DNA of 64,000 nucleotides from an uncultured Chthoniobacterales bacterium (GTDB lineage Bacteria; Verrucomicrobiota; Verrucomicrobiia; Chthoniobacterales; JAATET01): NCBI GenBank assembly GCA_964247025.1, contig CAXTSM010000001.1, positions 25,310 to 89,309 of the forward strand, read 5' to 3'. Shown piece by piece: positions 38,501 to 46,349 of this stretch (position 1 is its first letter; each line of letters starts with the position of its first letter). The notes under the pieces were generated by a model. It saw only the letters and a program-made list of their open reading frames with translations, ran no database searches and was not told where the DNA came from. The position numbers and the translations under genes were made by a program.

Positions 38501-41500
38501 GGCCACCTCGTCTTTCAAGGCACCCGGTCGCTCGACCTCCTCGGCCGCGTCCTCGGGCTTTCCACCGTCGGCGGCCGCGGCGCGTTCATCGACGTGAGCA
38601 GCCCCGCCGACATCGTCATCGCCGGCCCCGGCTTCGCTTCCGCCAAGGGAACGATCGTCCTCGACGCCGGTCTCCTCAGCGGCTGGGACGCCGAGAGCCT
38701 GCTCGTCGGCGGCGTGCGCCGCGTGACGGACGACGGCACGACCATCGCCGTGCAGACGGGCAATCTCACGCTCGAGAACGCCGGCCGCCCGCTCATCGGT
38801 CCCGAGGTCATCCTCGTCGCCCGCGAGAACCTCACGCTTTCCAGAAATTCCGTCCTCGCGCAATCCGGCTCCCTCCACGGCCCGGGCGAGAATCTCACGG
38901 TCGACGGCGACGGCGCGCTGGTCCGCCTCACGAGCGACCCCGACGCCGCCTTCCGGCGCACGAACGTCACCGCCGGCGGCGGCGCGAAGCTCACCGTCGA
39001 GGCCGGTGCGCTGTTTCGCGGCGTCGCGCTCACCCTCGACTCGAGCCAGGCCATGGACCTCGCTCCGAACACCCGCTTCGAGAACGACTCCGTCTCGCTG
39101 GATGCCGGCCGCATCAGCGTGCGGCTCGATCCCTCCGTGGCCATCCCCGCCACCGCCGGCCTCGTCCTCGAGGGCTCCGCCCTGCGCGCGCTGCGCTCGG
39201 TGGACAGCCTCTCGCTGCTCAGCTACTCCTCGCTCGACATCTATGGCGCCGGCGCCTTCCGCACCGGCGGCTCGCTGTCCCTGCACGCCGGAGAAATTCG
39301 CGGCTTCGGCGCCGGCTCCGGCACGGCGACCTTCGCCGCCGATTCCATCCTCCTCGACAACCGCGCCGGCGCCGTCGCGACCGGCGGCGCGAACCCCGCG
39401 ACCGGCGCGCTGCGCTTCGACGCGCGAACCATCACGCTCGGGCGCGGGCGGCTCGCCATCGACCAATTCGACCGGGTGGAACTCGACGCCTCGCAACGCC
39501 TCGTCCTCGCCGACGACGGGCGGCTCACGGCGCAGAACGATCTCGTGACCCGCACGGCCGTCATCACGGCGGCTCCCTCCGCGACGCACACGATCAGGGC
39601 CGGCGGCGACCTGCGCATCCTCCCCTCGGCCGATGGCGCCGGCGCCGCGGTCCAGAGCGGCCTCGGCGCGAGCCTTACGCTGCTTGGCGCGAGCGTCACG
39701 GTCGACAGCGACATCGTCCTGCCCAGCGGCCAGCTCACGCTGCGCGCCTCCCAGGGCGACGTCACCGTCGGCGGCCGCCTCGACGTGGACGGCACGCGCC
39801 AGCGCTTCAACGACCTGATCAAGCTCACCGACGCCGGCTCGATCTCGCTCGTCGCCACCCGGGGCGACATCGACCTGCTGCGCGGCGGTCGCCTTTCGCT
39901 CTCGGCCAATCCCGCGGGCGGGAACGCCGGCACCCTTTCCATCCAGGCCCCGCACGGCGAGATCTCGCTGCTCGGGCAATTCGAGGCCGCCGCCGGTCGC
40001 GGGGGCGACGGCGGCTCGTTCGACCTCGAGATCGAGCGACTTCCAAGCTTCGCGAAGTTGAACGACAAGCTCGACGCCGGCTCGTTCGACGAGTCCCGCT
40101 CCTTCCGCGTGCGGCAGGGCGACGTCGTCGTGCTCGGTGTCACGACCAGCCACCTCTTTTCGCTTTCCACCGACGCCGGCTCGATCCGCGTCGCCGGCAC
40201 GATCGACGCCTCGGGCGAGACCGGCGGCACGATCTCGCTGGCCGCCGCCGGCGATCTCACGCTGCTCGACGGCGCGCGGCTCGATGCAAGCGGGCGGATC
40301 TTCAGCGATGCCGGCAAGGGCGGCGACGTCACGCTCGAGGCCGGCGCCCCGATCGACGGCCAGTCGGATCCCACCGCCCAGTTGGACGTCCGCGACGGCT
40401 CGACGATCGATCTTTCGGTCGACGCCGCCCGCCCGACGAGCGAGAACTACGGCCGGTTTACCGGCACCCTGCACCTGCGCGCCCCGCAGAACGCGGCCGG
40501 CGACGACGTGCAGATGGCCGCCATCGACGGCACGATCCGGAACGCGTCGAACATCGTCGTCGAGGGCTTCCGGCTCTACGACCTTGCCGCCAGTGGGGGC
40601 CTGATCGATGCCGCCATCAAGGATCTCGTGAAGGCCGACGGCATCGCCTTCGCCGGCGCCGCCGGGACGACCACCGCGGGCTACGCCGCCATGTTCGAGC
40701 GGCTGTTCGGCGGGAACCGATCCGCGCAATCGATCGCCAGCATCCGGCCGGGCGCGGAGCTGTTCGATTCCGCCGGCGACATCACTCTCGGCACGGGCGA
40801 AAGCTCTCCCGTCACGAATGATTGGGATCTTGCGAGCTACCGCTTCGGTCCCCGCGGCGCGCCGGGCGTGCTCACGCTCCGCGCCTCGGGGAACCTCGTG
40901 TTTTTCAATGCCCTGCAGGACGGCTTCCAGATCGACGATCCCGCCGAGTCCTACACCGCCGAACTGCTGGCTCCAAATCCTCTGCTGCCCGCAAACGCCC
41001 AGTCCTGGTCGTATCGCCTGATCGCCGGCGCCGACCTCGGCGCGGCCGACTTCCATCGCGTGCAGGCGCTTTCCCACCTCGGCGTGGACGCGGGATCCTT
41101 GCTGCTGGGCAAGAACGGAACGAACCCCGTGAGCGGTAACGCCGGCCAGACGTCCGCCGCGATCGGCAGGGGGACCCGCAACCGGTATCAGGTCATTCGC
41201 ACGGGTTCCGGCGACATCGACATCGCGGCCGGTCGCGACGTGAAGCTGCTCAACGCCTTCGCGACGATCTACACCGCCGGCACCCGCCTCGCGGATCCGA
41301 CGATGGGCGGCACCTTCGACCTGCCAAATATCGATCTGGCCGGCGGCAACGGCGGCCCGGGGCTGGGAAACAGCCAGCAGGCGAATCCGCCCGAGGTGCA
41401 ATACTCCCTCGGCGGCGGCGACGTGCGCATCGCGGCGGGGAACGACATCGGCCACTACACGCTATCGGACGACGGCGTGCTCGTCGCGGATTCCGAGCGG

Positions 41501-44179
41501 CAGCTGCCGAACAACTGGCTCTACCGCCGCGGCGAGGTCGACCCGCTCACCGGCCGGTTCGGCACCGGGGGCCCCAAGATCGATCCCCTCGCGCCGCTCG
41601 ACGCGCAATCCACCTCCTGGTGGGTGGACTTCACGAATTTCTTCGAGGGCATCGGCGCCTTGGGCGGCGGCGACGTGACGCTCCTGGCCGGCCGCGACGT
41701 GGCCAACGTGGACGCGGTCGCGCCGACGAACGCGCGCCTGCCGAAGGGCCGGCCCGACGCCGCGAAGCTCATCGAGCTGGGCGGCGGCGACGTGACCGTG
41801 CGCGCCGGCCGCAACATCGACGGCGGGACCTACTACGTGGAGCGCGGGCAGGGAACCTTGGCCGCCGGCGGCGAGATCAAGACGAACGCCACCCGCTCGT
41901 TTCCCGCGGAAATCGACGCGGTCACGACGTCATTGAACTGGCTCCCGACCACGCTTTTCCTCGGCAAGGGCCGCTTCGACGTGAGCGCCCGCGGCGATGT
42001 CCTGCTCGGCCCGGTGGCGAACCCCTTCCTGCTGCCCACCAGCCTGAACAACGGCCCGCTCTACAAGACCTATTTCTCGACCTACGCTCCCACGAGCTCC
42101 GTCGACGCCCTGTCGCTCGGCGGCGACGTCACGCTGCGCACCGGCGTCAGCCTCGATCCGGAAGCCCTCGGCGGCACCGTCGTGCCCCTGCTCCAGGCCT
42201 GGCTGGAGAAACAATTCGTGCTGAGCTCCCCGGGAGCCGCCGCCTCGACCCAGCCCTGGCTGCGGATCAGCGAGTCGGGCGTGCAGGCGTTCGGCACCGC
42301 GGCGGCCCTGCTTCCGCCCGTCGTGCGCGCCACCGCCTTCGCCGGGGACATCGATCTCGTCGGCGGCCTGACCCTGTCGCCCGCTTCGCGCGGCACGCTG
42401 GAGTTGGCCGCCGCCGGCTCCCTCAACGGCTTGCAGCCCAATGGCTCCGGGACCGTCAACGGCGCCGCCCTGACGACGTGGGGAACGAGCGTCATCAACG
42501 TCTCCGACGCCTCGCCGGATGCGGTCCCCGGCATCGCCAGCCCCTTTGCCTACCAGAACGTCGTCGGCCCGATCATTTCCCGCGCCCGCGCGTCCTCGCC
42601 CGACTTCCTGTCCTTCATCGATGCGGCTTTCGCGGAAAGCGGCGCGACCAACCAGACGTTCGAGAACAAGCAGGCCCTGCACGGCGCGGGCCCGCTGCAC
42701 GCCGGGGACGCCAGCCCCCTTCGGCTCTACGCCGACACGGGCGACATTTCCGGGCTCACCCTTTATTCGCCGAAAGCGGCGCGCGTGATCGCGGGCCAGG
42801 ACATCGCCGACGTCGGCCTTTACCTGCAGAACGTCGACTCGCGCGACATCAGCATCGTCGCCGCGGGCCGCGACATCCTGCCCTCGAAGGCGGATTCCGC
42901 GCTGCGCACCGCGGCCACGACGCCTGGCAACGTGCTGAACTTCACCGACGGCCTGAACGAGCTCTCGGGGGACGTCCAGGTGGCCGGCCCGGGCGCGGTG
43001 GAAGTGCTCGCCGGCCGCAACCTCGACCTCGGCACCGGCCTCGATCCCGACGACGGAAGCGGCACCCGCGCGGGCCTTACCACGATCGGCAACGCCCGTA
43101 ATCCGAACCTCGGCTTCGACGGCGCCTCCATCGTGGCGGCGGCGGGCGTCGGACCCGCGGCCGGCCTGGCGTCGAGCCGTCTGGATTTCGACGCCTTCAT
43201 CGCCGAGGATCTGACCGGCGCGAAGGCGGAATCCTACCTCGCGGAGATCGACCCTTCGCTCACCGTCGCCGCCTTCCGGGCGCTCCCGGCCGAGCAGCGC
43301 GACCGCGTGGCGCTGGAGGCGTTTTACCTCGTCCTCCGCGACGCCGCGCGGGACAAGGACGCCGACGGCGGCGCGGATTACGCCTCCGGTTTCGCGGCCA
43401 TCGACACGCTGTTCCCCGCCTCCGCCGGCAAGGGAATCGTGCGCGGCGACATCACCACACGGTCCCGCAGCATCCGCACGCGGAACGGCGGCAGCATCAG
43501 CCTCTTCGCGCCGCGCGGGGAACTCACGCTCGCGGGCTCGACGATCGGCAATCCTTCCACGCCGCCCGGCATCATCACGGAAGGCGGCGGCAACATCTCC
43601 ATCTTCACCGACGGCGATGTCGATCTCGGCGTCGGCCGCATCTTCACGCTCAAGGGCGGCAACATGATCATCTGGTCCTCCACGGGCGACATCGCCGCCG
43701 GCGTCGCCTCGAAGACGCTCAAATCCGCGCCGCCGACCCGCGCGCTCTACGACCCGCAGAGCGCCGACGTCGAGACCGACCTCGCGGGTCTCTCCACCGG
43801 CGGCGGCATCGGCGTGCTGGCGACGGTGGCCGGGGTGGAGCCCGGCGACGTGGACCTTATCGCGCCCGTCGGCGTGGTGGACGCCGGCGACGCGGGCATT
43901 CGCGTCTCGGGGAATCTCAACATCGCCGCCACCGCGGTCCTGAACGCGAGCAACATCGCCGTCTCGGGCACCTCCACCGGCGTGCCGACCGCGCCCGTCG
44001 TCGCCGCGCCGAACATCGCCGGCCTCACCTCGGCGTCCACCGCCAACGGCGCCACGAGCAGCGCCGCGAACGATCTCGCCAGCCAGGCCCGTCCCTCCGC
44101 GGACTCCGAAGAAACGCCCTCGACCATCACCGTCGAGGTGCTCGGCTACGGCGGCGGCGAGGACTCCGCCTCGTTGTGA
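32540..44179 (+). CDS. Giant filamentous-haemagglutinin-family exoprotein (TpsA-like, 3879 aa) with a conserved FHA-family C-terminal block
   Basis: Signal peptide ...FLALALACPANA. TPS domain: QVTIVQNEQQALLNWKTFNVG..TLTF..ILGSIQADGQVYVLNQNGIIFGGASQVNVHALVAS. A very long G/A/S/D/L-rich beta-helix-type repeat region follows. The C-terminal block GGNISIFTDGDVDLG..GGNMIIWSSTGDIAAG..VDLIAPVGVVDAGDAGIRVSGNLNIAA matches, from memory, the DUF3739-type end of this family. Confidence 0.9.
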   Translation: MAPNLHLIRTHVRRGITPFLALALACPANAGDILRGGATFRPSGRTGGSDAGAGGAVAAQTQSNSRDRLARTSQAMDAMRALQNAARNAAIARRGGLLSGLNPARPSTPLPGVPDGLGKGGLQLADGVPKNLRRPQAGENPGLWIGADLPVQSGGGGERTQVTIVQNEQQALLNWKTFNVGKNTTLTFDQSAGGRDSGKWIAFNKINDPSGRPSQILGSIQADGQVYVLNQNGIIFGGASQVNVHALVASALPINDGLVARGLLNNPQAEFLFSAVRQDALDPELPTQSLAQIVDRRSALRLEFTQKDDTVVTLVSGEDFTTEVDKNRVTSVELTPAGRAKFTNLKEGTFRARYTALGGNVQVDAGATLSAPTSPQKVGGRIALFGADVTNNGAIFTPDGQAILAAGLQVGLLPHLTEDPTLRGLDVIVGAVKDPNSRHPGHAGAAVNGGLIDSPRGNITMTGKSVQQNGVIDSTTSVSRNGRIDLLANYGAITNPAYDPTQPALGPQFLYQSTGLVTLGEGSVTRILPEWASDEEFADTTLPLRSQVNAQGLAAHFDRDSLVWAPNAEVGVHVGRWTQLLDGANDNRQTFGQSTGQIYVDRGAAIDVAGSTAVSVPLADNILDLELRGAELADSPLQRDGVLRAVTITIDAREVGEFNGREWIGTPLGDARGFIGLIQRNVGQLTTQGGSVDLSAGSSVVLSPGSRIDVSGGWSRNEGGLVQTTKLTQGSRLVPIAEATPDQLYDGVYDPKFTSVHAKWGIASTFRHALALTGEYDQAAYVQGAAGGSISIVAPAMTLDGQLTGATVNGPRQLRETATTSRAAARSTLALRFTAQNPAPLYGEPFSPETAFSPTPPRIVFSPDETQRPAAAFALDANGRALDDATADDPFALRADRARRLVLSPDLLTTAGFGHLSIDDGEGDIVVPASVTLAVAPKGSITLDARNIDVQGRVTAPGGSLSFTANNLSPYLAAELNSLAPDDRGAVELPFADPAAGRFTLGPTASLSTAGFVVDDRPTSVDARSKPIVLEGGAVDITAYTASLAAGSVVDVSGGLLLDARSAATFGNGGGISIRAGRDANFASLLPRASKDKPKNPGTFFGGRLNLDGELLGYSAARGGQLALQAPFVQVGGEASAPGTLLLQPEFFNQGGFTKFALQGIGGSVETPNGSKYLPAIVIAADTVLAPRARSLFLDPLGGDSGELSLARTLQPRGERSPVSLGFTAQSVKSYRDGALLSRGDIVMQSGAVIDVDPEAGVSFTGDTVAMLGSVFAPAGAISLVGGIDSRTIFNLDVETERPLATVFIGSRSVLSATGATLREPDPYGRRIGRVLPGGSISVAGNIVAAPGARLDVSGARGILDLSPFQADATASRVVSARSGLNAPLQSLQTVRAAVETDAGTISLVGGQELFTSADLVGRAGGASARNGTLLISSSSFIPAEQAATANVLDQKLIVRQTGLDFAASLSADGSAIGRGVRDEDGQLVRGKGYFAVEDFARGGFDSLELNAVGGTVAFEGPVNIAARGSLKVAIAGLVSATDDVLLAASYVALGKPFIPPLLPTQAPPPLDDSANPINPVPTFGSGSLTVEADLIDIGPLSLQNIGRAAFIARGGDIRGSGTLDIAGRLRLESGQIYTPSAERFTVVAYDYASPDAAPGDKSHPGSIRILASGSRQLPLSAGGTLSFYATNIDQSGVLRAPMGTINLGWDGTGPKPVDVITGDKLPFPITRRLVLGPRSITSVSAVDPLTGEGALIPYGVSLDGNSWIDPAGTDITASGLPTKNVNLAGLRVSTDASSQVDLRGGGDLYAYRWIKGNGGTQDVLAPDTSFAVIPGYQADYAPYAPFNGTADAKNLRADPSEETSNLPGYVNASLAIGDRVYLAASRDLAAGVYTLLPARYALLPGAVLVTPQAAAPIGTLAQPDGSTIVSGYRFNDLGPRPAPSVFTRFEVAPSSVVRSRSEYADFSANEFIAQKAVESGRRVPVLPSDSGHLVFQGTRSLDLLGRVLGLSTVGGRGAFIDVSSPADIVIAGPGFASAKGTIVLDAGLLSGWDAESLLVGGVRRVTDDGTTIAVQTGNLTLENAGRPLIGPEVILVARENLTLSRNSVLAQSGSLHGPGENLTVDGDGALVRLTSDPDAAFRRTNVTAGGGAKLTVEAGALFRGVALTLDSSQAMDLAPNTRFENDSVSLDAGRISVRLDPSVAIPATAGLVLEGSALRALRSVDSLSLLSYSSLDIYGAGAFRTGGSLSLHAGEIRGFGAGSGTATFAADSILLDNRAGAVATGGANPATGALRFDARTITLGRGRLAIDQFDRVELDASQRLVLADDGRLTAQNDLVTRTAVITAAPSATHTIRAGGDLRILPSADGAGAAVQSGLGASLTLLGASVTVDSDIVLPSGQLTLRASQGDVTVGGRLDVDGTRQRFNDLIKLTDAGSISLVATRGDIDLLRGGRLSLSANPAGGNAGTLSIQAPHGEISLLGQFEAAAGRGGDGGSFDLEIERLPSFAKLNDKLDAGSFDESRSFRVRQGDVVVLGVTTSHLFSLSTDAGSIRVAGTIDASGETGGTISLAAAGDLTLLDGARLDASGRIFSDAGKGGDVTLEAGAPIDGQSDPTAQLDVRDGSTIDLSVDAARPTSENYGRFTGTLHLRAPQNAAGDDVQMAAIDGTIRNASNIVVEGFRLYDLAASGGLIDAAIKDLVKADGIAFAGAAGTTTAGYAAMFERLFGGNRSAQSIASIRPGAELFDSAGDITLGTGESSPVTNDWDLASYRFGPRGAPGVLTLRASGNLVFFNALQDGFQIDDPAESYTAELLAPNPLLPANAQSWSYRLIAGADLGAADFHRVQALSHLGVDAGSLLLGKNGTNPVSGNAGQTSAAIGRGTRNRYQVIRTGSGDIDIAAGRDVKLLNAFATIYTAGTRLADPTMGGTFDLPNIDLAGGNGGPGLGNSQQANPPEVQYSLGGGDVRIAAGNDIGHYTLSDDGVLVADSERQLPNNWLYRRGEVDPLTGRFGTGGPKIDPLAPLDAQSTSWWVDFTNFFEGIGALGGGDVTLLAGRDVANVDAVAPTNARLPKGRPDAAKLIELGGGDVTVRAGRNIDGGTYYVERGQGTLAAGGEIKTNATRSFPAEIDAVTTSLNWLPTTLFLGKGRFDVSARGDVLLGPVANPFLLPTSLNNGPLYKTYFSTYAPTSSVDALSLGGDVTLRTGVSLDPEALGGTVVPLLQAWLEKQFVLSSPGAAASTQPWLRISESGVQAFGTAAALLPPVVRATAFAGDIDLVGGLTLSPASRGTLELAAAGSLNGLQPNGSGTVNGAALTTWGTSVINVSDASPDAVPGIASPFAYQNVVGPIISRARASSPDFLSFIDAAFAESGATNQTFENKQALHGAGPLHAGDASPLRLYADTGDISGLTLYSPKAARVIAGQDIADVGLYLQNVDSRDISIVAAGRDILPSKADSALRTAATTPGNVLNFTDGLNELSGDVQVAGPGAVEVLAGRNLDLGTGLDPDDGSGTRAGLTTIGNARNPNLGFDGASIVAAAGVGPAAGLASSRLDFDAFIAEDLTGAKAESYLAEIDPSLTVAAFRALPAEQRDRVALEAFYLVLRDAARDKDADGGADYASGFAAIDTLFPASAGKGIVRGDITTRSRSIRTRNGGSISLFAPRGELTLAGSTIGNPSTPPGIITEGGGNISIFTDGDVDLGVGRIFTLKGGNMIIWSSTGDIAAGVASKTLKSAPPTRALYDPQSADVETDLAGLSTGGGIGVLATVAGVEPGDVDLIAPVGVVDAGDAGIRVSGNLNIAATAVLNASNIAVSGTSTGVPTAPVVAAPNIAGLTSASTANGATSSAANDLASQARPSADSEETPSTITVEVLGYGGGEDSASL
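33092..33301 (+). repeat. 210-bp block near-identical to 59837-60046 (inside the TPS domain of FHA-like gene 1)
   Basis: A base-by-base comparison by eye finds only two mismatches (33110 a/g, 33158 a/g). The flanking paralogous sequence is clearly diverged. Confidence 0.9.
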
Positions 44180-45069
44180 CCATGAAAAATTCCGTTCTTC
44201 TCGCGACCTGCGTCGCGGCGCTGATGCTCGCCGCGCCGGTTGGCGCGCTCGACCTTCCCGCGACGCAGGCCGAAGCCGAGAAAGGCGACGCCGGGGCGCA
44301 GTTTCTCCTCGGGCGGGCTTATTTGAACGGTCGGGACGTCGCCTTCGACGGCGCGAAGGCGGCGGAGTGGTTCCGTAAATCGGCGGAACACGGCAACCCC
44401 AAAGCCGCGCACAATCTGGGGTTGATGTATGCCGATGGACGCGGCGTGAAAGCCGATCCCAAGCAGGCGATCAAGTGGCTGCGCCTCGCGGCGGATCAAG
44501 GAGTGGACCGGTCGTGGGTCGCGTTGGGCGATCTGCTGGCGAACGGTGACAGGGACGTGCGCGATGTCCGCGAGGCGGTGAAATGGTATTCCAAGGCGGC
44601 GGAGAAAAACGACGCACGGGCGGCATTCCGGCTCGGCGAGCTTTATTTCCACGGCGCGGAAGGGTTCGAGCAGGATTACGCCGAGGCCGCGCGGTGGCTC
44701 TCGCGGGCGGCGGCCCAGGGTTACGGGCCGGCGCAAAACTCCCTCGGCGTGCTTTATGAGCGGGAGCTCGGCGTGGGGCGGGATGAAGCGGAGGCCGCGA
44801 AATTGTTCGAGCAGGCCGCGCGCAAAGGCGACGCAAAGGCCCAGAGCAATCTCGGCCGGCTTTATTACGAGGGGAAGGGCGTCGCGGCGGATCCCGTGAC
44901 GGCCTGCGCCTGGCTGAAGCTCAGCGCGGATCGCGGCGAGGCGACCGCGACCAACCTGCTCCCCGGCGTCAAGGCGGAACTCGATCCCGCGCAGCTGGCT
45001 CGGGCCGACAAGCTCGCGAAGGAATTCGCCGCGGAAATTCCGACGAAGCCCACGGAAGAGGCGAAGTGA
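44176..45069 (+). CDS. Secreted Sel1-like (SLR/TPR) repeat protein
   Basis: GTG at 44176 overlaps the FHA stop (GTGA); ATG at 44182 is an alternative. Signal peptide LLATCVAALMLAAPVGA. At least six Sel1 units are present (AQFLLGRAYLNGRDV.., AAHNLGLMYADGRGV.., AAFRLGELYFHG.., AQNSLGVLYERELGV.., AQSNLGRLYYEGKGV..). Confidence 0.9.
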   Translation: MTMKNSVLLATCVAALMLAAPVGALDLPATQAEAEKGDAGAQFLLGRAYLNGRDVAFDGAKAAEWFRKSAEHGNPKAAHNLGLMYADGRGVKADPKQAIKWLRLAADQGVDRSWVALGDLLANGDRDVRDVREAVKWYSKAAEKNDARAAFRLGELYFHGAEGFEQDYAEAARWLSRAAAQGYGPAQNSLGVLYERELGVGRDEAEAAKLFEQAARKGDAKAQSNLGRLYYEGKGVAADPVTACAWLKLSADRGEATATNLLPGVKAELDPAQLARADKLAKEFAAEIPTKPTEEAK

Positions 45070-45148
45070 GCCGCTAAAGCAAGCCGGCGGCGCTCACGGA
45101 GCGCCGTTCCGTGAAATGGCGCTTGTAAATGCTTCAACAGAAGCGAAT

Positions 45149-45442
45149 GCGCTCGCGGCCGCCAAACGGACGGCGGTTTGACGGCGGCGGGCGCGGGCCG
45201 CGGGCAAAACGGAAGGGATTTGGCCGTGACGGGCGCGCGCCGCGGGCAAAACGGAAGGGATTTGGCCGTGGCGGGCGCGGGCCGCGGGCAAAACGGAAGG
45301 GATTTGGCCGTGGCGGGCGCGGGCCGCGGGCAAAACGGAAGGAATTTGGCCGTGGCGGGCGCGGGTCGCGGGCAAAACGGAAGGGATTTGGCCGTGGCGG
45401 GCGTGGGCCACGGGCAAAACGGAAGGGATTTGGCCGTGGCGG
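45149..45442. repeat. Tandem repeat array: six 42-bp units plus one degenerate leading unit
   Basis: The unit is GCGCGGGCCGCGGGCAAAACGGAAGGGATTTGGCCGTGGCGG. Copies start at 45191, 45233, 45275, 45317, 45359 and 45401, with 0-3 substitutions each. A degenerate copy spans about 45149-45190. The array lies between the sel1 stop (45069) and the stop of the minus-strand gene at 45538. Confidence 0.9.
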
Positions 45443-45537
45443 ACGCAGGCTGGCTCGCTATCGCCCGGGCGCCCGGGGAGGACCGAGAGGACGCATAGGA
45501 CTTGGAGGGCGGAGAGGGAACCCTGCCTTGGAACTCC

Positions 45538-46263
45538 CTAGTAGTCGGCGGCGGCTTGGTTGGCCGCCTCCCGCGCCGCTTCCCGGCGCATCAGGTCGAA
45601 GGCCTCCCAACCCCAGCGTGTCCGGAAGGCGTTCTCCTCGGCCGTAAAGATCTGCATGGAGGATCTTTTTTGCGGGGTGGCCGCGACCGTCGCCGGCACG
45701 GAGACGTCCGGGGCGGCCTCCGCCGGCGGCGCGCCGACGGGCGGGTTCGTCGAAGACGGGATGACGCCGTCCGCCGCGCCCGCATCGTTCGCCGAGGCCG
45801 GGGAGACGGCCGGCGTGACGTCCACGCTCAGGGCGGGCCGGCTGCCCTGGCCGCCGCTCAGGTTTTCCACCACCGCGGCGCGCATGCCGCGGAAGGAAAC
45901 GGAATTGCCGGGCGCGTCGGGCTCGATGGGCAGGGGGACGGGCGGCTCGTTCGCGGCGGAGGTCGGAGAAGACGGCTCGGCGCGGGGGAAGGAGGCGTTC
46001 TTCGCGCGAGGAGAAACGGAGGGGGAAGAAGGCGGAAGGGATGCGGCCAGATCGTCCGGGCGTCCGGCGGGGACGGGAAGGTCGCGGGCGGGAGGGCGGG
46101 GAGCACCGGGCGCGAAGGTCGGCGAGTTCTTCGGCGCGGCGGAAAGTGGAGTTCGCGAATCCGGCGAAAAGGGAGCCTCGTCGGATCGGAGGAAATAAAC
46201 GGCGGCGCCCAGCAGGAGGGCGTTCAAGACGACCGAGACGGCGAGAATCTGGCGGATGGTCAT
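45538..46263 (-). CDS. Membrane-anchored Pro/Ser/Ala-rich hypothetical protein (241 aa); paralog of 48690..49469
   Basis: Start MTIRQILAVSVVLNALLLGAAVYFL at 46263, then a low-complexity linker. The C-terminal motif ENAFRTRWGWEAFDLMRREAA matches NEQFRARFGDMAFLQLQREQMA in the paralog. Confidence 0.65.
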   Translation of the reverse strand: MTIRQILAVSVVLNALLLGAAVYFLRSDEAPFSPDSRTPLSAAPKNSPTFAPGAPRPPARDLPVPAGRPDDLAASLPPSSPSVSPRAKNASFPRAEPSSPTSAANEPPVPLPIEPDAPGNSVSFRGMRAAVVENLSGGQGSRPALSVDVTPAVSPASANDAGAADGVIPSSTNPPVGAPPAEAAPDVSVPATVAATPQKRSSMQIFTAEENAFRTRWGWEAFDLMRREAAREAANQAAADY

Positions 46264-46286
46264 CGAAAATGATGAGGGTTGAGGTT

Positions 46287-46322
46287 CAAAAAAACACCCG
46301 GTGCGACCGAAGTCGCACCGGG
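46287..46322 (-). terminator. Strong Rho-independent terminator after the PstS-like gene
   Basis: The minus strand reads CCCGGTGCGAC-ttcg-GTCGCACCGGG (11-bp perfect stem) followed by TGTTTTTTTG. It lies 28 nt after the stop at 46350 and 24 nt before the next start at 46263. Confidence 0.85.
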
Positions 46323-46349
46323 TGAAGCTCCCGGCGGAAGCTTTGACTT

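Noticed and set aside
33326-41455. Minus-strand ORFs 33326..35284 (652 aa) and 35909..41455 (1848 aa), plus many plus-strand off-frame ORFs inside the FHA gene
   Set aside because: They are antisense to or off frame with the 3879-aa FHA-like ORF, whose TPS and C-terminal motifs fix the true frame. The repetitive GC-rich sequence keeps the other frames open.
32540-45069. FHA-like gene 1 plus the downstream small gene read as a CdiA/CdiI contact-dependent inhibition pair
   Set aside because: There is no VENN-like demarcation and no variable toxin tip. The C-terminus is the conserved FHA-family block ending ...ITVEVLGYGGGEDSASL. The downstream protein is a secreted Sel1-repeat protein rather than a small cytoplasmic immunity protein.
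45094-45647. The 42-bp repeat region read as a CRISPR array or as repeat-protein genes (ORFs 45094..45417 -, 45129..45647 +, 45178..45498 +)
   Set aside because: The units are contiguous with no spacers and there are no cas genes, so this is not a CRISPR array. The ORFs exist only because the period is divisible by 3. No frame has a distinct codon bias, a signal peptide or a start-site context. I kept it as a noncoding tandem repeat, with the caveat stated in the findings.
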